From Atractiella rhizophila (taxonomy: Eukaryota), in contig MU271247.1 of the NCBI GenBank assembly GCA_021432655.1, positions 1-64,000 on the forward strand: a DNA stretch of 64,000 nt, written 5' to 3'. The notes under the pieces were generated by a model, which had not been told where the DNA came from, ran no database searches, and worked only from the letters and a program-made list of their open reading frames with translations. Made by a program: the position numbers and the translations under genes. Positions 43,233-56,248 of the stretch are shown here, piece after piece. Position 1 is the first letter of the stretch. Each line of letters begins with the position of its first letter.

Positions 43233-46200
43233 CTAGACGGCCAACTCCCTTTCCTTCTTGTCCAAATGGTCCCTATGTCCATGTGCAAACGGTGCAGACG
43301 CCTCCAACACCCTCTCCTTCTGATCTTCCTTCTCCTTCTCCCGCAGGCTCTCACCATCATGGTCTTTCTCTTTCGTGCCAAGATCTGACGACGAGACGTC
43401 GTGTAAGTCCTCGTCTTCCTTCTCAGGGAAAGTAGCGAGGATGGGGGCGTCGACAAATGTCTCAGTTGGAGGCCAGAAATAAGAGAGTAGAGAATAAATG
43501 ATGATAGTGAGGACGATACCCCAGAGCCAACCGACGAGGAAGATCCATTCTATCGATCCCACATGCACTGAATCGCATCGCATTCAATCAGCATTCATCA
43601 GAGACATTCAAATAGAGAGAAGAGACGCGTACCATCTGGGTTGATCGATTGAATCAATCCAGGGAACGCGGGAGGGACGACGAGGAGAAGNNNNNNNNNN
43701 NNNNNNNNNNNNNNNNNNNNNNNNNNNNNNNNNNNNNNNNNNNNNNNNNNNNNNNNNNNNNNNNNNNNNNNNNNNNNNNNNNNNNNNNNNNNNNNNNNNN
43801 NNNNNNNNNNNNNNNNNNNNNNNNNNNNNNNNNNNNNNNNNNNNNNNNNNNNNNNNNNNNNNNNNNNNNNNNNNNNNNNNNNNNNNNNNNNNNNNNNNNN
43901 NNNNNNNNNNNNNNNNNNNNNNNNNNNNNNNNNNNNNNNNNNNNNNNNNNNNNNNNNNNNNNNNNNNNNNNNNNNNNNNNNNNNNNNNNNNNNNNNNNNN
44001 NNNNNNNNNNNNNNNNNNNNNNNNNNNNNNNNNNNNNNNNNNNNNNNNNNNNNNNNNNNNNNNNNNNNNNNNNNNNNNNNNNNNNNNNNNNNNNNNNNNN
44101 NNNNNNNNNNNNNNNNNNNNNNNNNNNNNNNNNNNNNNNNNNNNNNNNNNNNNNNNNNNNNNNNNNNNNNNNNNNNNNNNNNNNNNNNNNNNNNNNNNNN
44201 NNNNNNNNNNNNNNNNNNNNNNNNNNNNNNNNNNNNNNNNNNNNNNNNNNNNNNNNNNNNNNNNNNNNNNNNNNNNNNNNNNNNNNNNNNNNNNNNNNNN
44301 NNNNNNNNNNNNNNNNNNNNNNNNNNNNNNNNNNNNNNNNNNNNNNNNNNNNNNNNNNNNNNNNNNNNNNNNNNNNNNNNNNNNNNNNNNNNNNNNNNNN
44401 NNNNNNNNNNNNNNNNNNNNNNNNNNNNNNNNNNNNNNNNNNNNNNNNNNNNNNNNNNNNNNNNNNNNNNNNNNNNNNNNNNNNNNNNNNNNNNNNNNNN
44501 NNNNNNNNNNNNNNNNNNNNNNNNNNNNNNNNNNNNNNNNNNNNNNNNNNNNNNNNNNNNNNNNNNNNNNNNNNNNNNNNNNNNNNNNNNNNNNNNNNNN
44601 NNNNNNNNNNNNNNNNNNNNNNNNNNNNNNGCGCACCGTTGGCACCACTGATCGTGTTACCCGTCACATTGACCGAGATCTGAGCAACGGCCCATGCGGC
44701 AGAAGCGAAGAAGACAGCAGCTCTGGAATCCCACTTGGCAATGATGGCGAATGGGGACCAAAGATAAGTGCCGTAGACATCGTGAGAGCAAGAGGCACCA
44801 ATGATACCGAAGAGGCCAGTGATGAGATAGAAGAAGGGGAGGGTGACCAGCTGGAACCACTGCCAAAGTGGGCGCTTGGTATAACGAGAGAAGTCGGGAC
44901 TACATGCCATTCATTCTTAAGGTTCTTTCTCGTAGAGGAGTCGGGGAAACGTACATGTTCACTGCTACGGTGGAGTAACCGCCGATGACGGAGTTGAGAG
45001 AGAACAACCAAGCGTGAGTGAACGCGGTGCCATGCACTTGGGACTTCGCAGCAAGAAGGGCTCCTCCTCCTCCGGCCTTGTCAGCGATCCAAGCAACGGT
45101 GGCGATCATGACGCTAAATTTTGGCCGTGAACACAGCTACATACTTGGACAAGAGGAGATACGCTTACGCAGGCACAACCAGGACTTTAAGGATGAAGAG
45201 GAAGCGGAGTTTGGAGGGATGAATGAGGAGGAAGGGGTACTGCAAGAGCCAGAAGAGGAAGCTATGTTAAAGTGCCTTAGAATGTCTCTTTTAAATTTGA
45301 TGAAAGTGACTTACTAGGAAAGCAGCTGCTGGCTCGTCACTCCACCTCCCTTTGGGAGATGATTGGGGAAGTGAGCATAAGAGGGCCAAATAGCGCGAAT
45401 CATGCCAGTGATTGCAGATCCACCTGTGGCGCCAAGTCAATCAAATTTGCACACAGCGAATCAGAAAAATAGGGAGGCATACCATTCCAAGTATTGATGC
45501 CGAACCAAAACCAACTCAATATCAACCTAGAAACGACGGCAAAGAGTGAAAAGTAATATCCGAATGATGTGCGAACGGTCATCGGGAAGGGAATGTGAAG
45601 GTAGGCGCCCATCGCACCATTGAGGACCATCGCTGCAGTGCATAAATGAGTGCCGTAGAGGGATGGAGAGAGAAAAGGAGCAGCATACGAATGGACAAGA
45701 GGAAGGAGCCAAGCGCCATGATTCCCATGGATTGGCGCCAATCAAGGCCGAGCGCGACGATTGAACTGCCAAGCATCACCATCCGTCGACCGTTTAGTAA
45801 TCGCTTCATTGCTCCCTACCTACTGGCGGTAGGGTAGAGACAGGATAACTTACGCAGCTTTTTGCCAGATGGTTGCGGTGAGAAGGTCGGAGAACCAGTA
45901 GGCAGCTGTTCGTTGCAGCTTTGTAAGCACAAGCACCCCTGCGACAACTCGAGAAGAGGAAAAAGAGAGAAACGGCGTACCCCATGTCCAGAAACCCCAT
46001 GTTCGCTGCCATGGTGGTGTCGGATCCATATCGGCATTGGTATCCACTCCCTGCTCAACCCAACCAGCAAATCCGGCCAAGATTCAGGGCACCATCCGAA
46101 ACGTAACATCACGGTGGCGAGGTGAGATGTGCCATCCAAGCAATCAATAAAAAAGCAACATGCAAAAGCAATGTCAGAATCTCCATCGACCAGCCATGTA

Positions 46201-46367
46201 CAGATAAGGTGTAACGATGGGAGACGCACATCAGGAGCATAGGTGCTCTTGGACCTTGGCAGTTTCCAAGCGCTGATAGAAGTCGACTTGGACTTCACCT
46301 CCTCCACCTTCCTCTCCCATCTCTCCCCCGCCCTCTGTCGCAAGTCGCTGGCGTTGAGATTGACCAT
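43233..46367 (-). CDS. NCS1-family nucleobase/allantoin permease (Fur4/Dal4-like), interrupted by an assembly gap
   Basis: NADMDPTPPWQRTWGFW; YWFSD; LNGAMGAYLHIPFPMTVRTSFG; PDFSRYTK; QISVNVTGNTISGAN; terminal TM followed by FWPPTE. Confidence 0.9.
43691..44630. other. Assembly gap (940 N)
   Basis: Run of N. Confidence 1.
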
Positions 46368-47931
46368 CTGTTACTATCCGTTTTCTTCTCGCACCTTTTA
46401 ACGGGTAACGATAAGTCGTTACGTATAGACGTCGGAGTGTGGTTGTTAAACCTGGATTGACCCTAGATTGACCTCAAGTGAAGTGAAAGGCTGAAAGGGA
46501 AACACGAAGGAAAGGAGGGTTTTTATGTTTTGGACGGAGCAGTTCTCCTCACGTCCTCGCAGCAAGTTTGAGCCTGAGATCGAATAAGGTTTACTACCCA
46601 ACTTTCCAAACTTTTTTTAAACCCTCTCAGAAACAAGCTCGAGAGCCGTGCTCAATACATCGCTTACAGTTCCCTCAAGAATTAAATTCTCTGTCAAAGA
46701 AGAACCTTTGCCGATCTCCCATTCAGTGCTTGATATTGCACTTTGCCCGGGATGAATGTTCTCGTGCTCCACGCGGCCGACACTTGCTGTCTCTGTTGGA
46801 CTTCATTCAATGCTATTACGAATCGTCGCGAAGAAGTCGCGAAGCTTGTCGGCAAGCCAGGGCAACACAAAGGGGAGCAACAAACAGATGCCAAATGAGG
46901 AACCTGCTGATTTCCTCGATTTTCTTGAATTCAATTCGGCTCCTGGAAATCCCTGCCCACTTTTCTCTCATCTCATTTCATTATGATCCAGAGGTTCGAT
47001 CCAGTCTCAATCTACAACCTGTACAGTGGAGAAGGTGCAAGAAGAGTAGCTGTCAAAACGACTGAGCTTGTAAATAGGAAAGGAAGGCCGTGATGACATC
47101 TCTTCATTGGAAAGTTCAGGTTCTGAGCTAAAGAGGTGCGTCACGCAACGAACGTGCGGACGTCTGGTGCGCTTGAGCTTGAATTTTGACATTAGACTTG
47201 ATTAGACAGAAGCCAGAATGTAAGGGCCTGTCGCGGTCAAGCATCAAGATGTCAAAGCATTACCGATGGAGGTTGCGGGAGTGTTGCAGTTTGTTATGTC
47301 CCAAGTAGATCCAAGTGTAGTGAAGATTGAAGGTGAAGGAGAGATATGATCGAGGAACTGGAGAGGCTGGGAAAGGCTTTTGGTGCCCTGCATGAAGGCA
47401 TGAAGGTGATAAAGCGATAATTCAGTGTTCGAGTTTGGGGTCTAGTTCGATCGTTGGGGATAGTGCAGCTCGTGCATTGCATGACTGAAATAAGGATTGA
47501 CAGAAATATTGAAAAGTGATGGAGTTCAGTCTGCATGAGAGTCGATCACGATCATTTTGCACCACGGCCGTGAAAATGCATGTAAAATGGGGTCAAGTCT
47601 TTACATTGTCCTGTCCTTGAATTGATCAGTTATCAGCTCCGCCTCTGTGTACATAAGCAGCATTGGTCATCGCACCTTATTCTCGCACCATTGGCCCCAA
47701 GATGATTCCATTCCTATTGATCCAAATGCGTAAATGCTCTTTAATTTATCTCAACTTGAATCTAGAGTGAGAACAAAGCAGAAAGGGCGAGACGAACGTT
47801 GTGATCACGGTTCCGTCAGGACGAGCCATCCCTCACCATCCTCGCCCAGACATCCAATGCGACCCCATCCATCTCCTTCAACTTCTTCTCCTCCACCCTC
47901 CTCTCCTCCTTCTTCCCCTCATTTCTTGCCG

Positions 47932-49450
47932 CTATTTCCCCCACTTTCTATTGCCAGCAGCTCCGCCAGCTACGACCCCGCTCCCAGTCTCACCATTCAT
48001 ACCGTCATTCGCGTCTCCAGAAGCGGAAGGAAGTTTGAGGGGATGTGCAGGCGTGGTCGAGCCCGGTACCCAACCGTCAGCTTCTACGTCTACCCAACTC
48101 ACTCTCATCCCCTTCGGCACTTTCTCCTTGTCCATCTCGCTCGGCGCGGGTGTTGGGGGGAGCGGCTTGCGATTTCTCTTGCTCCTTGCCGCTGTGAGTT
48201 CGGGAGTGGCTGGTGGTAAAGCTCCAACTGCTACTGTCTCTCCTTCTCCTTCTCCGTCGTCGCCGTTAAGACCTGTGTCTGAGAAACGGATTTTTCGTGG
48301 TGCCTGAGCCTTGGTCGATGTACCGTTTGAGGTCGAGGAATGGAGAGAGGACAAAGAGTGTTGACGCAAGATGGATCGCCTTTTATTCTTGTTCTCCTTG
48401 AGAAGCGAAAACATGTTTCCTATCCTTTCATCCGTACTTTCATCTGTCCTTCCCATCTCTACATCTACATCTCCACCTCCGCCTCCATCAATCCTTCCGC
48501 CGCTTTCCTCTGTTATAGACATCGATGTCGACAGAGTAATGCTAGGGGCCGTTCCATTCTCCAAAGCCCTCTTCCTCGCCCTCCGCCTCGCATTTCGCAG
48601 CTGCGTCCTGCTCTGTCCCTCTCTCGGCGGCACAGGATGAGGCTGAAGAGTAGATGTACTAGTGTGTGTGCGTCCGGCGAAAGTGAGTGGGAAATCTGGT
48701 GGAGCAGGAGGGAGAGTAAGCGAGGAGATGGAAGACTCGCTGTTGTTCGTCTTGTCGTGAAGAGGAAGAGAAGGTGAGTTCTGAGAGAGGATGAGGTGTG
48801 TTGGGGAGCGTTTTTGAGATGAAGAGGATGAACTCGAGGAGGAGGAGGAGGAGGATGACGAAGAGCTGGAGCTGGAGGAAGAGGTGGAAGAGGATCGTGC
48901 GCGCGGTTTTGCGATTAATTCAGGTTTGGGCTTTGGTGAAGTTTTCGTTGTTTCAGCGCGTTTTGAGGAGGATGATTTCGAGTCCGAAGCGGAGGAGGAA
49001 CTGGAGGAGGAGGAGGAGGAGCTTGGTGACGGTGAAGGGGGTGGGGAGGGATCAAGTTTTCTTTTCTTCCTTGGTGGTTCCTCAACGTTGTCACCATCGG
49101 AATCGACTATTGATCTATGCACAACATGTCATACCATTAGTCTATTTCAAGTGAGAGAAAGAACACAAACACGCAGACTACGTCCTTTTCCTACAAAAAA
49201 AAGTTCAGCCACCCCGAATTTCGTTGAGAGAGCGAGTAAAGCATACTAAATCAACCACCTCCCCTACTGAGCTCCCATCCAACAGTTCAAACCCCTCGAC
49301 CTCCAACGTCAGCCTCCCTCGCTTTACTTTCAAAGCCGGAAAGTTGGAGAGGACGAGCTTCTTCAAATCCCTGATGGTAAGCGAGGAAGATGGGAGGGGA
49401 AGCCATGCTTTCGTTGTCGGAGTTATGAGGCGGAGACGCGTTGGAGCCAT
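47932..49450 (-). CDS. Coilin-like nuclear protein with poly-Ser tracts; 3' end uncertain, possibly further exons to ~47.6 kb
   Basis: N-terminal MAPTRLRL...LTLEVEGFELLD; PPREGQSRTQLRNARRR; APSE...VPKGMRVSWVDVE, motifs I recall from fungal coilin/Mug174-like proteins; low-complexity S/K middle. Confidence 0.6.
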
Positions 49451-49687
49451 TGAACTCTCCTTTCCTCTGCGCCTACCAGTTACTTCTGCTTAAGAACAAC
49501 TTCAGTGGAAAAGTTGGGTCTGAAGTTTGCACTGTCTCTGTTTGGAGAGAAGTGGGTACAGATAACATGACTCATGTACGGCAGCATTTTCAACTCACCC
49601 AGATCGACCCCTTCCTGGACCGTCTAACCCGCAACACGCCAGCTCACGTTTAGGAGAAAGGGTTGTAACATTAGAAAGGAAGAAACC

Positions 49688-50530
49688 ATGGCAACAGATA
49701 TTGTGGGACAGACTGTAAATATCACGGTAGAATTCGGGTGCGTCCTTTCTCAGGTTGTTGTTCTCATAAGGAAGAAGAGATACTTCTTTCGTCCGATAAA
49801 CAACAAAAGAGGAGATTGTAAAGAGAATAAATTTGTTGCATTGAGGTAACGTCGCTATGGCCAAAAATCGTCACCTAACTGTTGTACGTTGTTCATGTTG
49901 GCATTGAGCCACTATTGAAAAGTTCCGACGAATCCACATGTGAACTGGCTACACGCCGGCATCACCTTACAATAAAGAAGAGTCGCTCTTCCTTATCATC
50001 CTTTTGCGTCAAAGGAGATTACTTTTGTTCCCGACAACTGTCTACATGATGTTGTTCCCTTCTATCTGATATGGGATTCAAGCCTCATCTTCTCAATAGT
50101 GGCGGAATGGATGCACTCTTCTCCAATAAGAAACGACACCAACTGTCCCTCCCATCATCCTATCTTCCTTCTACCCTACCCTCTTCGTCCTCCAATGCAG
50201 ACAGTTCGGCGATAAAAGGTGAAGGAGAGAAACGAACTGACATCCGTTATCTCATCTCTTACCTCCTACACCACCATCTGTCCGACAAGAATCGACCTGA
50301 GCTCTTTGCACAAGGAGAGAGCGTGTGCGTCCCTCACTCATCCCTCATACCTATCCTGCTCTATTCTGCTTTCCCATTTTCTGTCATAATCTGATATCTG
50401 GTCGGTTTGCAGCCGACCGGGGATATTAGTCTTGATCAATAGCACCGATTGGGAGTTGGAGGGCGAACTCGAGTATGAAGTGAAGGACGGAGATGAGGTC
50501 GTGTTCATTAGCACACTGCATGGCGGTTGA
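49688..50530 (+). CDS. URM1: Ubiquitin-related modifier 1
   Basis: [26 protein letters not shown]...RPELF...|[38 protein letters not shown]. Confidence 0.96.
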
Positions 50531-53147
50531 CTTCCTACTGCCAAACTTTTGCTCTTTTCATCGCCCTGTCCTTCTCACTTCGGATTGACAGACTTAAGAG
50601 AAGCGGAAAACATATATAAACGATATATTCGGGAGAAGGCGCAACGCGTAAAGCAAACGCGGTACGCAGGATACAAGCCTTGCGTTTATGTAGCAACCTG
50701 TGATCCAGGCCTATCCTCCTGGTATGGAGGCGGCGCTACGGTGAAACTGGCAGAATGTTCATTGATTCCTGATTCTATCCCAAGGTAGGATCAAAGGCAG
50801 CCTTGAAGGGGATCTCTCAAAGCTCCTTCCCTTGAGCCTTCCGTGCAGTGCGGAACCGAATCTTTGGCGCTGTCCTAGAGACCAAGCAATCTGAATGTTT
50901 CAATCAATATGTTTCTAAAAGTGCGAAGGGATACCAGAGGAAGGAAAGAATCTCCTCTTCCATCGCAGACTGCAGGAGGTATCAAATTCAAATGACGGGG
51001 AGAGCATATTCTTTTCCTCCTCTATAAAAGTTCCATTCCGTCAACCGCAATGGACTGTGGTGCCTTGGAGTTAGTTCTTAGGATCCCAATGCCCCTGTCT
51101 ATGACATTACGATTACACGAATGAGCGCCTGAACAGCGACTTTTTCTTCCAATTCTTACATTTGACATGGCTTGACTCGCATTTCCATCTGCCTTCAGGT
51201 CTCTCCTCGACGCATATTGGCGAAGATTGAGTAATCCGTCAAAGGTGCAAATGGGTTTTCCCTCAAAAGGCCTTCCAGGTATACTGTCGACAAACACTAC
51301 TAGGATGCCACTTGTGATGACACTGTTTGTTGCACTGCGATATTGGAGGTGAACATTCCAAAGCTCGCTTTACATAACAATTTCGTAAATTTGCTCTTCT
51401 TCTCCTCGTCAACCATGACTCTTCTGTAACAGTTTCTTGAGCCAGGGGACCTTCATTGTCTCATGATTGTGAAGACGCAGTACACCTGTCAACGTTTACA
51501 TCATATTTGTTCTGAAGTGCTGTTGATTCTCGTCAGGTTTGGTCAATCGTACCGATATCATTATGCGACTGCCTATTCGATTTGAATGTTCGGGTTAATA
51601 TCTGACAAGCGACCTCGAGCGTCTTATTGCTAAGCTATGCTAAAAAGAAGAGGATGGTGGACCAAGCAAGTCTGCTATCCCCTTCTTGTTTCAAATAGGA
51701 CTCTCTCTAAACCAAGATTGAATATTACGCGAACTATTTCCGCCAAAACCAAAGTGCCCGCGTCTGAAATGCCAGACAACTGGCATTTTTTTTTTCATTA
51801 CAGGCGGGACATCAGGTTCATCAAACTCCTTCACCATTCTCTGGTCCCTTTTTTAATATCCCAGACAGAATATAGGTGCTTGACAGCGAAACATCTTGAA
51901 AAACATGCGACTGTTTACATCTGCCCAGGCAGCAGTGCGAAGACTGAAACAACTTTTGAGAACCTGAGGAAGCGGCCACTGAACCCAAGAGCCAAGTAAA
52001 ATATTTGGAGATGGAAATGTGCGATTTGAGGATGCTACAACGCGCTGCCCAAACATTTCTGATGTGCGCCAACTTTACTCTTGAAGTTCTTCCACAACTC
52101 TGAATCTGACAGTACGGAGCATAAACTCGATGTCCTGATCAATAATGCGTTCGTATTTCTGTTTGTTGTTCGTATCACTGACTCTTTCTTACGCAGTGGA
52201 ATCTGGCGGCTTGCAATTGAGCAGCTCGCCGCGCAGATTAGGATCTGACCTTTGGGGTCAATGTACCTGGGCTCCATGTCTCGCACGCCGAAGTCGCCCA
52301 TTGTCTCACTAGCCTCCCTTCCACATTACAAAACGGGAAAAGATGGTTGATTATAATACCCTCAATGACGGACCAGCGAGAAGAGCCATGATGCCGCAGA
52401 TACTCTATTGCCAGAGTAAATAGGTGCGGTATTCTATTCTACATTGCAAAAAGACTGAGTTCTGTATGAGGGCTCTCATCCTCTCTCAACTTACCTCGGT
52501 TCCCCAAGGTAAGGGACAAAACATAACGCTCATAATTCAGGTTGGTTTCGCAGTTAGAATGCACGCACGCTCATGAAGTCTACAGGAAACTGCAAAACAG
52601 GTATGACGAGAGGCGAGGCTGCTGGTCCAATCAAGGTCCTCTTTGTTCGTTCCCTCACGCTTTCATCTCTTGCCTCGAGCACATGATATCTCCAGGACAT
52701 GATCGTCTATCCGCCCGAACTAGGTTGCCTTGGTTGGCCGGGAAAGGGGGAACGGTGCACCTTTCTTTGCGATCTTTTCCACCACTGCAAATATCTTCCA
52801 GTATCTCGTACCCTGGGCGCGTTACGGGGAACCGAAGAAGGATCATTTGTGTGAAAGAAGCCATGGTTCTCGCTCCTTCCCTGGACAGCACGTGATTCAC
52901 TTGAGACAATAACGATATTGTGGTGTACTGTAGGAAACTATGATAAGTTCTCTCCGCAGATACTATTGCTAATATAACCTGGATATCTCCCTCCTATTGC
53001 GCCGTGTCTTGCTCTCGCCATCAGCAGTGTTCATATCCCCGCTCTTCCCCACAACCTGTCATAGCCCGAACACAGTTACATTTTAAAGGCTTAGGGCCAA
53101 CAAATCCACCCAACGTCCCTCAGATTATCCACTTGCGAAGATACAAA

Positions 53148-54831
53148 ATGGGAGGCCTAGGAGCTGAGCTTTCACCAGATAATCTCACGATTCCTCAGAA
53201 AAATGTCGGATTCGTGCTGAGAGGAGTGAAGGATGTCGAATTCGAAGAGATGCCGATGGTGCAAGCATCTGATCTAGCTGATGATGAGGCTCTCGTATCT
53301 CCTCGAAAGGTGGTCACTTTCACTTACATCTCGGTCGAATCTCAATGTCGTTTCCAATCAGACAGGGATCTGCGGCTCAGACGTCCATTTTCTCCAACAT
53401 GGGAGAATTGCACATCTTGTCGTTAAGGCTCCAATGATATTAGGGCATGAAACATCTGCTGTTGTGGTGGGAGGTTCGGTCCTCTCAATTCAAGGGGTTG
53501 TCCATTGAGAACTCTGAAATAGTCGGAAAAGGAGTGAAGCACCTGAAAGCTGGGGATAGAGTGGCGCTGGAACCTGGGCAAACGTGTCGCGTCTGCTCGG
53601 ATTGCAAGAAGGGGAAGTACGAGCTTTGCCCCCATATTGCATTCGCGGCTACTCCGCCAACTCATGGGACTTTGCAAGGATTCTATCGGCTCCCCGCTGA
53701 CTTGTGCGTATCCTCTCTACACCACCTACGGCAGCTGACTCGTAGTAGAGCTTACAAACTTCCTGATGTCTGTCTCAGTCCTTTCTCATCCTCTCGATTG
53801 TCGTTGACTATTGACATTAGAACGTCACGCTCGAAGAAGGAGCCATGATCGAACCTCTCTCCGTTGGCGTTCATGCCTTATGGAGAATAGCGGAAATGAA
53901 GCCTTCCTGGAACGTCTGCGTTTTTGGTTGTGGACCCGTTGGGCTCCTCACAATGGCGGCAGCTCGTGCTATGGGTGCAAGGAGGGTGATAGGTGTAGAT
54001 ATCCAGGCTTCTAGGATTGAATTCGCAAAGGGATATGCGGCCAGCGACACATTTATTCCTCCTGCCCGTCCGTTCTCTTGCTCAACTTTGATCTGCACAA
54101 TCTGTTAACTTCTCGACGATGCGTCGTTTGAATGGTAGGGGAGGAAGGAGAATCGCCCATGCAGTACTCCAGGCGATCCGCTGAGCTAATGTCTGCAAAA
54201 CTGAGCATCGCTGAAAGAGGACTGGAGGGCATTGATCTCGTCGTCGATTGTTCTGGGGCCGAAAGTTCAATCCAAACAGGGATTTGGCTCGTCAAACAAG
54301 GAGGGACCTGTATTCAGGTCGGGATGGGACACGAATTCGTCAACATTCCCATCACCGCCCTGCTCGTAAAGTGCGTTGCCCTTCCATTCTTAGTTGACGG
54401 AGTTTGCGAAGCTGTAAAGCGGCGGTGACTATTTCCTAATGGTTTTTATATGAAGGGAAGTTAAGTTGAAAGGGTCATTCCGGTGGGTCCTGTTCTTCTC
54501 TAACTTTCTTCCCAAGACCTGGAAATACAATTACTAAGTATTGCAACGCAAGATATGGCCCTGGAGTCTACGAGAAAGCACTTGACCTGGTTGCCCGCAA
54601 GCTTGTGGATCTCAAACCGCTCATTACACACAGGTCCGTCTTCCATCCTCGCCCTGTCTATTCAGTTGCGATAGTTGCGCTGGAGGGCAAACGGACTGAT
54701 GGGCGGGTTTGATCGTGAATAGGTACAAGTTTAGAGATGCGAAACGCGCGTTTCAGACTACACAAGAGGGGAAAGGAGAGGATGGGGTGAACGCAATTAA
54801 GACCATGATTGACGGCTACGTTGGGGATTGA
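53148..54831 (+). CDS. Zinc-dependent polyol dehydrogenase (xylitol/sorbitol dehydrogenase, MDR family)
   Basis: TGICGSDVHF; MILGHETS; DRVALEPGQTCRVCSDCKKGKYELC; FAATPP; FGCGPVGLL; QVGMG; KGSFR|YG. Confidence 0.93.
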
Positions 54832-56248
54832 AAAATTGGACTGGGGTGAAGTTGCCATGTCAGCTTCTCTCATCGAGATGTGTCTCTGAAAGACTGAAGG
54901 AAATTCAAAGCCTTTGAATGGGAAGTGTACCCCAAATGAAATGTTCAAAGTGCTAGTGATCCATCAACAATATTGAAAATATTGACAGTTATACCCTGGA
55001 CGTTTCGTACCATTTAGCTGGTCAGATCTTTATGAGAATTACACTCATCAAACTCTCCTGCGGCATTAAAGCGAAACATTAATGATTCTTCAGCCCTTAT
55101 TGAATACTTACGAGCATCTTCCTTGAGGATTGCGTGCACGATCAACTCAGCTCATTGTGATGACGAGGAACGCGAAGGCAATAAAGTGTCATGCGGAAGC
55201 AGCGCAGCGTTAAGGAAGTTGTCGCAAAGCAGAACTTGAAGACGAGATGTCGATCGAACAACTGTGGAAACAGACAGCTGACATGTGCTGACATCTCTGT
55301 CAGCACGTCTTGTTACCGCACACTCAAACATTGCGTTAGATTGCATAAACCATAGTTTCTTAGCTTCAAGCAGTCCAACTCAAAGCTTTACGCCGAAGCT
55401 CAATTAAGGATCTACCTTTGGATCGACAGAAGCAGTCGAAGTTGAAGCAAGGAAGAGTCAAAGAAGAAGGCAGGAGAAGGACAGTCGGAGTTTGGATATT
55501 CCGTCGTTTTGGGATTATCGATGTCGAAATGAAATTGAGATTACCTTTTGGCAATTCAAAAAACGCGGCCGTCTCGTCGATCCTGTCAGCGCTATCCTTG
55601 GATTGGATTTTTGTGCCTTTTGTGCGTTGGAGGTCGTTGCCTCGTCTTCAGACTAATATCTGGTTCCATCAGTTATTGTGAGGGACTCCAAGAACTTGAA
55701 GCGGTTGTCGTTGTGTCCAGTTGTGTCGTTGTCGTGCGTCGATGCGCCTGAAAGCAACTGCCGCCCTAAACCTCTGTCCTGGTCCTCATCTCGCAGCAAA
55801 GCTCTTCTGGTGGCGAGATTCTCAGGACTGGAATAACACATTCATCGAAGGCTCGCTCTGAAACTGCTCGCTTCCCTCCCACGATTGATTTGCTCGGGCC
55901 TTCCGAGTCTGCGACGAAACATCCTTTAGACAGCCGCTGAAAAGGGTGGCGGACGCCGTTTCATCTTTAAAATCGCGATGAATTGTTCCTAACGGCACAG
56001 GTCGTATCTCGCTGCGCTGGGGTGAACGGGGACCTCCAACGACTTCCGCCGTACTGCAACGGATGTTGATCATCCTCGATCAAGTGTCGCACCCAATTTC
56101 GATCCCTTAAAAACTCTCCACCCTCCAATGCCACTGCTTGGCCCCCTTTCACCACCTTTCTGCCTGTCGACGCCTCCCTCCCTTTGGTCGACATTATCTG
56201 TAGACTGTACCACATCAATCTTTCCTTTGCCTCCCAATACCTTAAATC

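Noticed and set aside
43608..44910. Long ORFs spanning 43.6-44.9 kb
   Set aside because: Artefacts of translating the N gap; only the flanks belong to the NCS1 permease.
48800..49030. (GAG)n-rich repeats
   Set aside because: They encode the poly-Ser tracts of the coilin-like protein; not an independent element or CRISPR array.
50800..52301. Possible minus-strand spliced gene or pseudogene
   Set aside because: Could not build a consistent open spliced frame or recognise a family.
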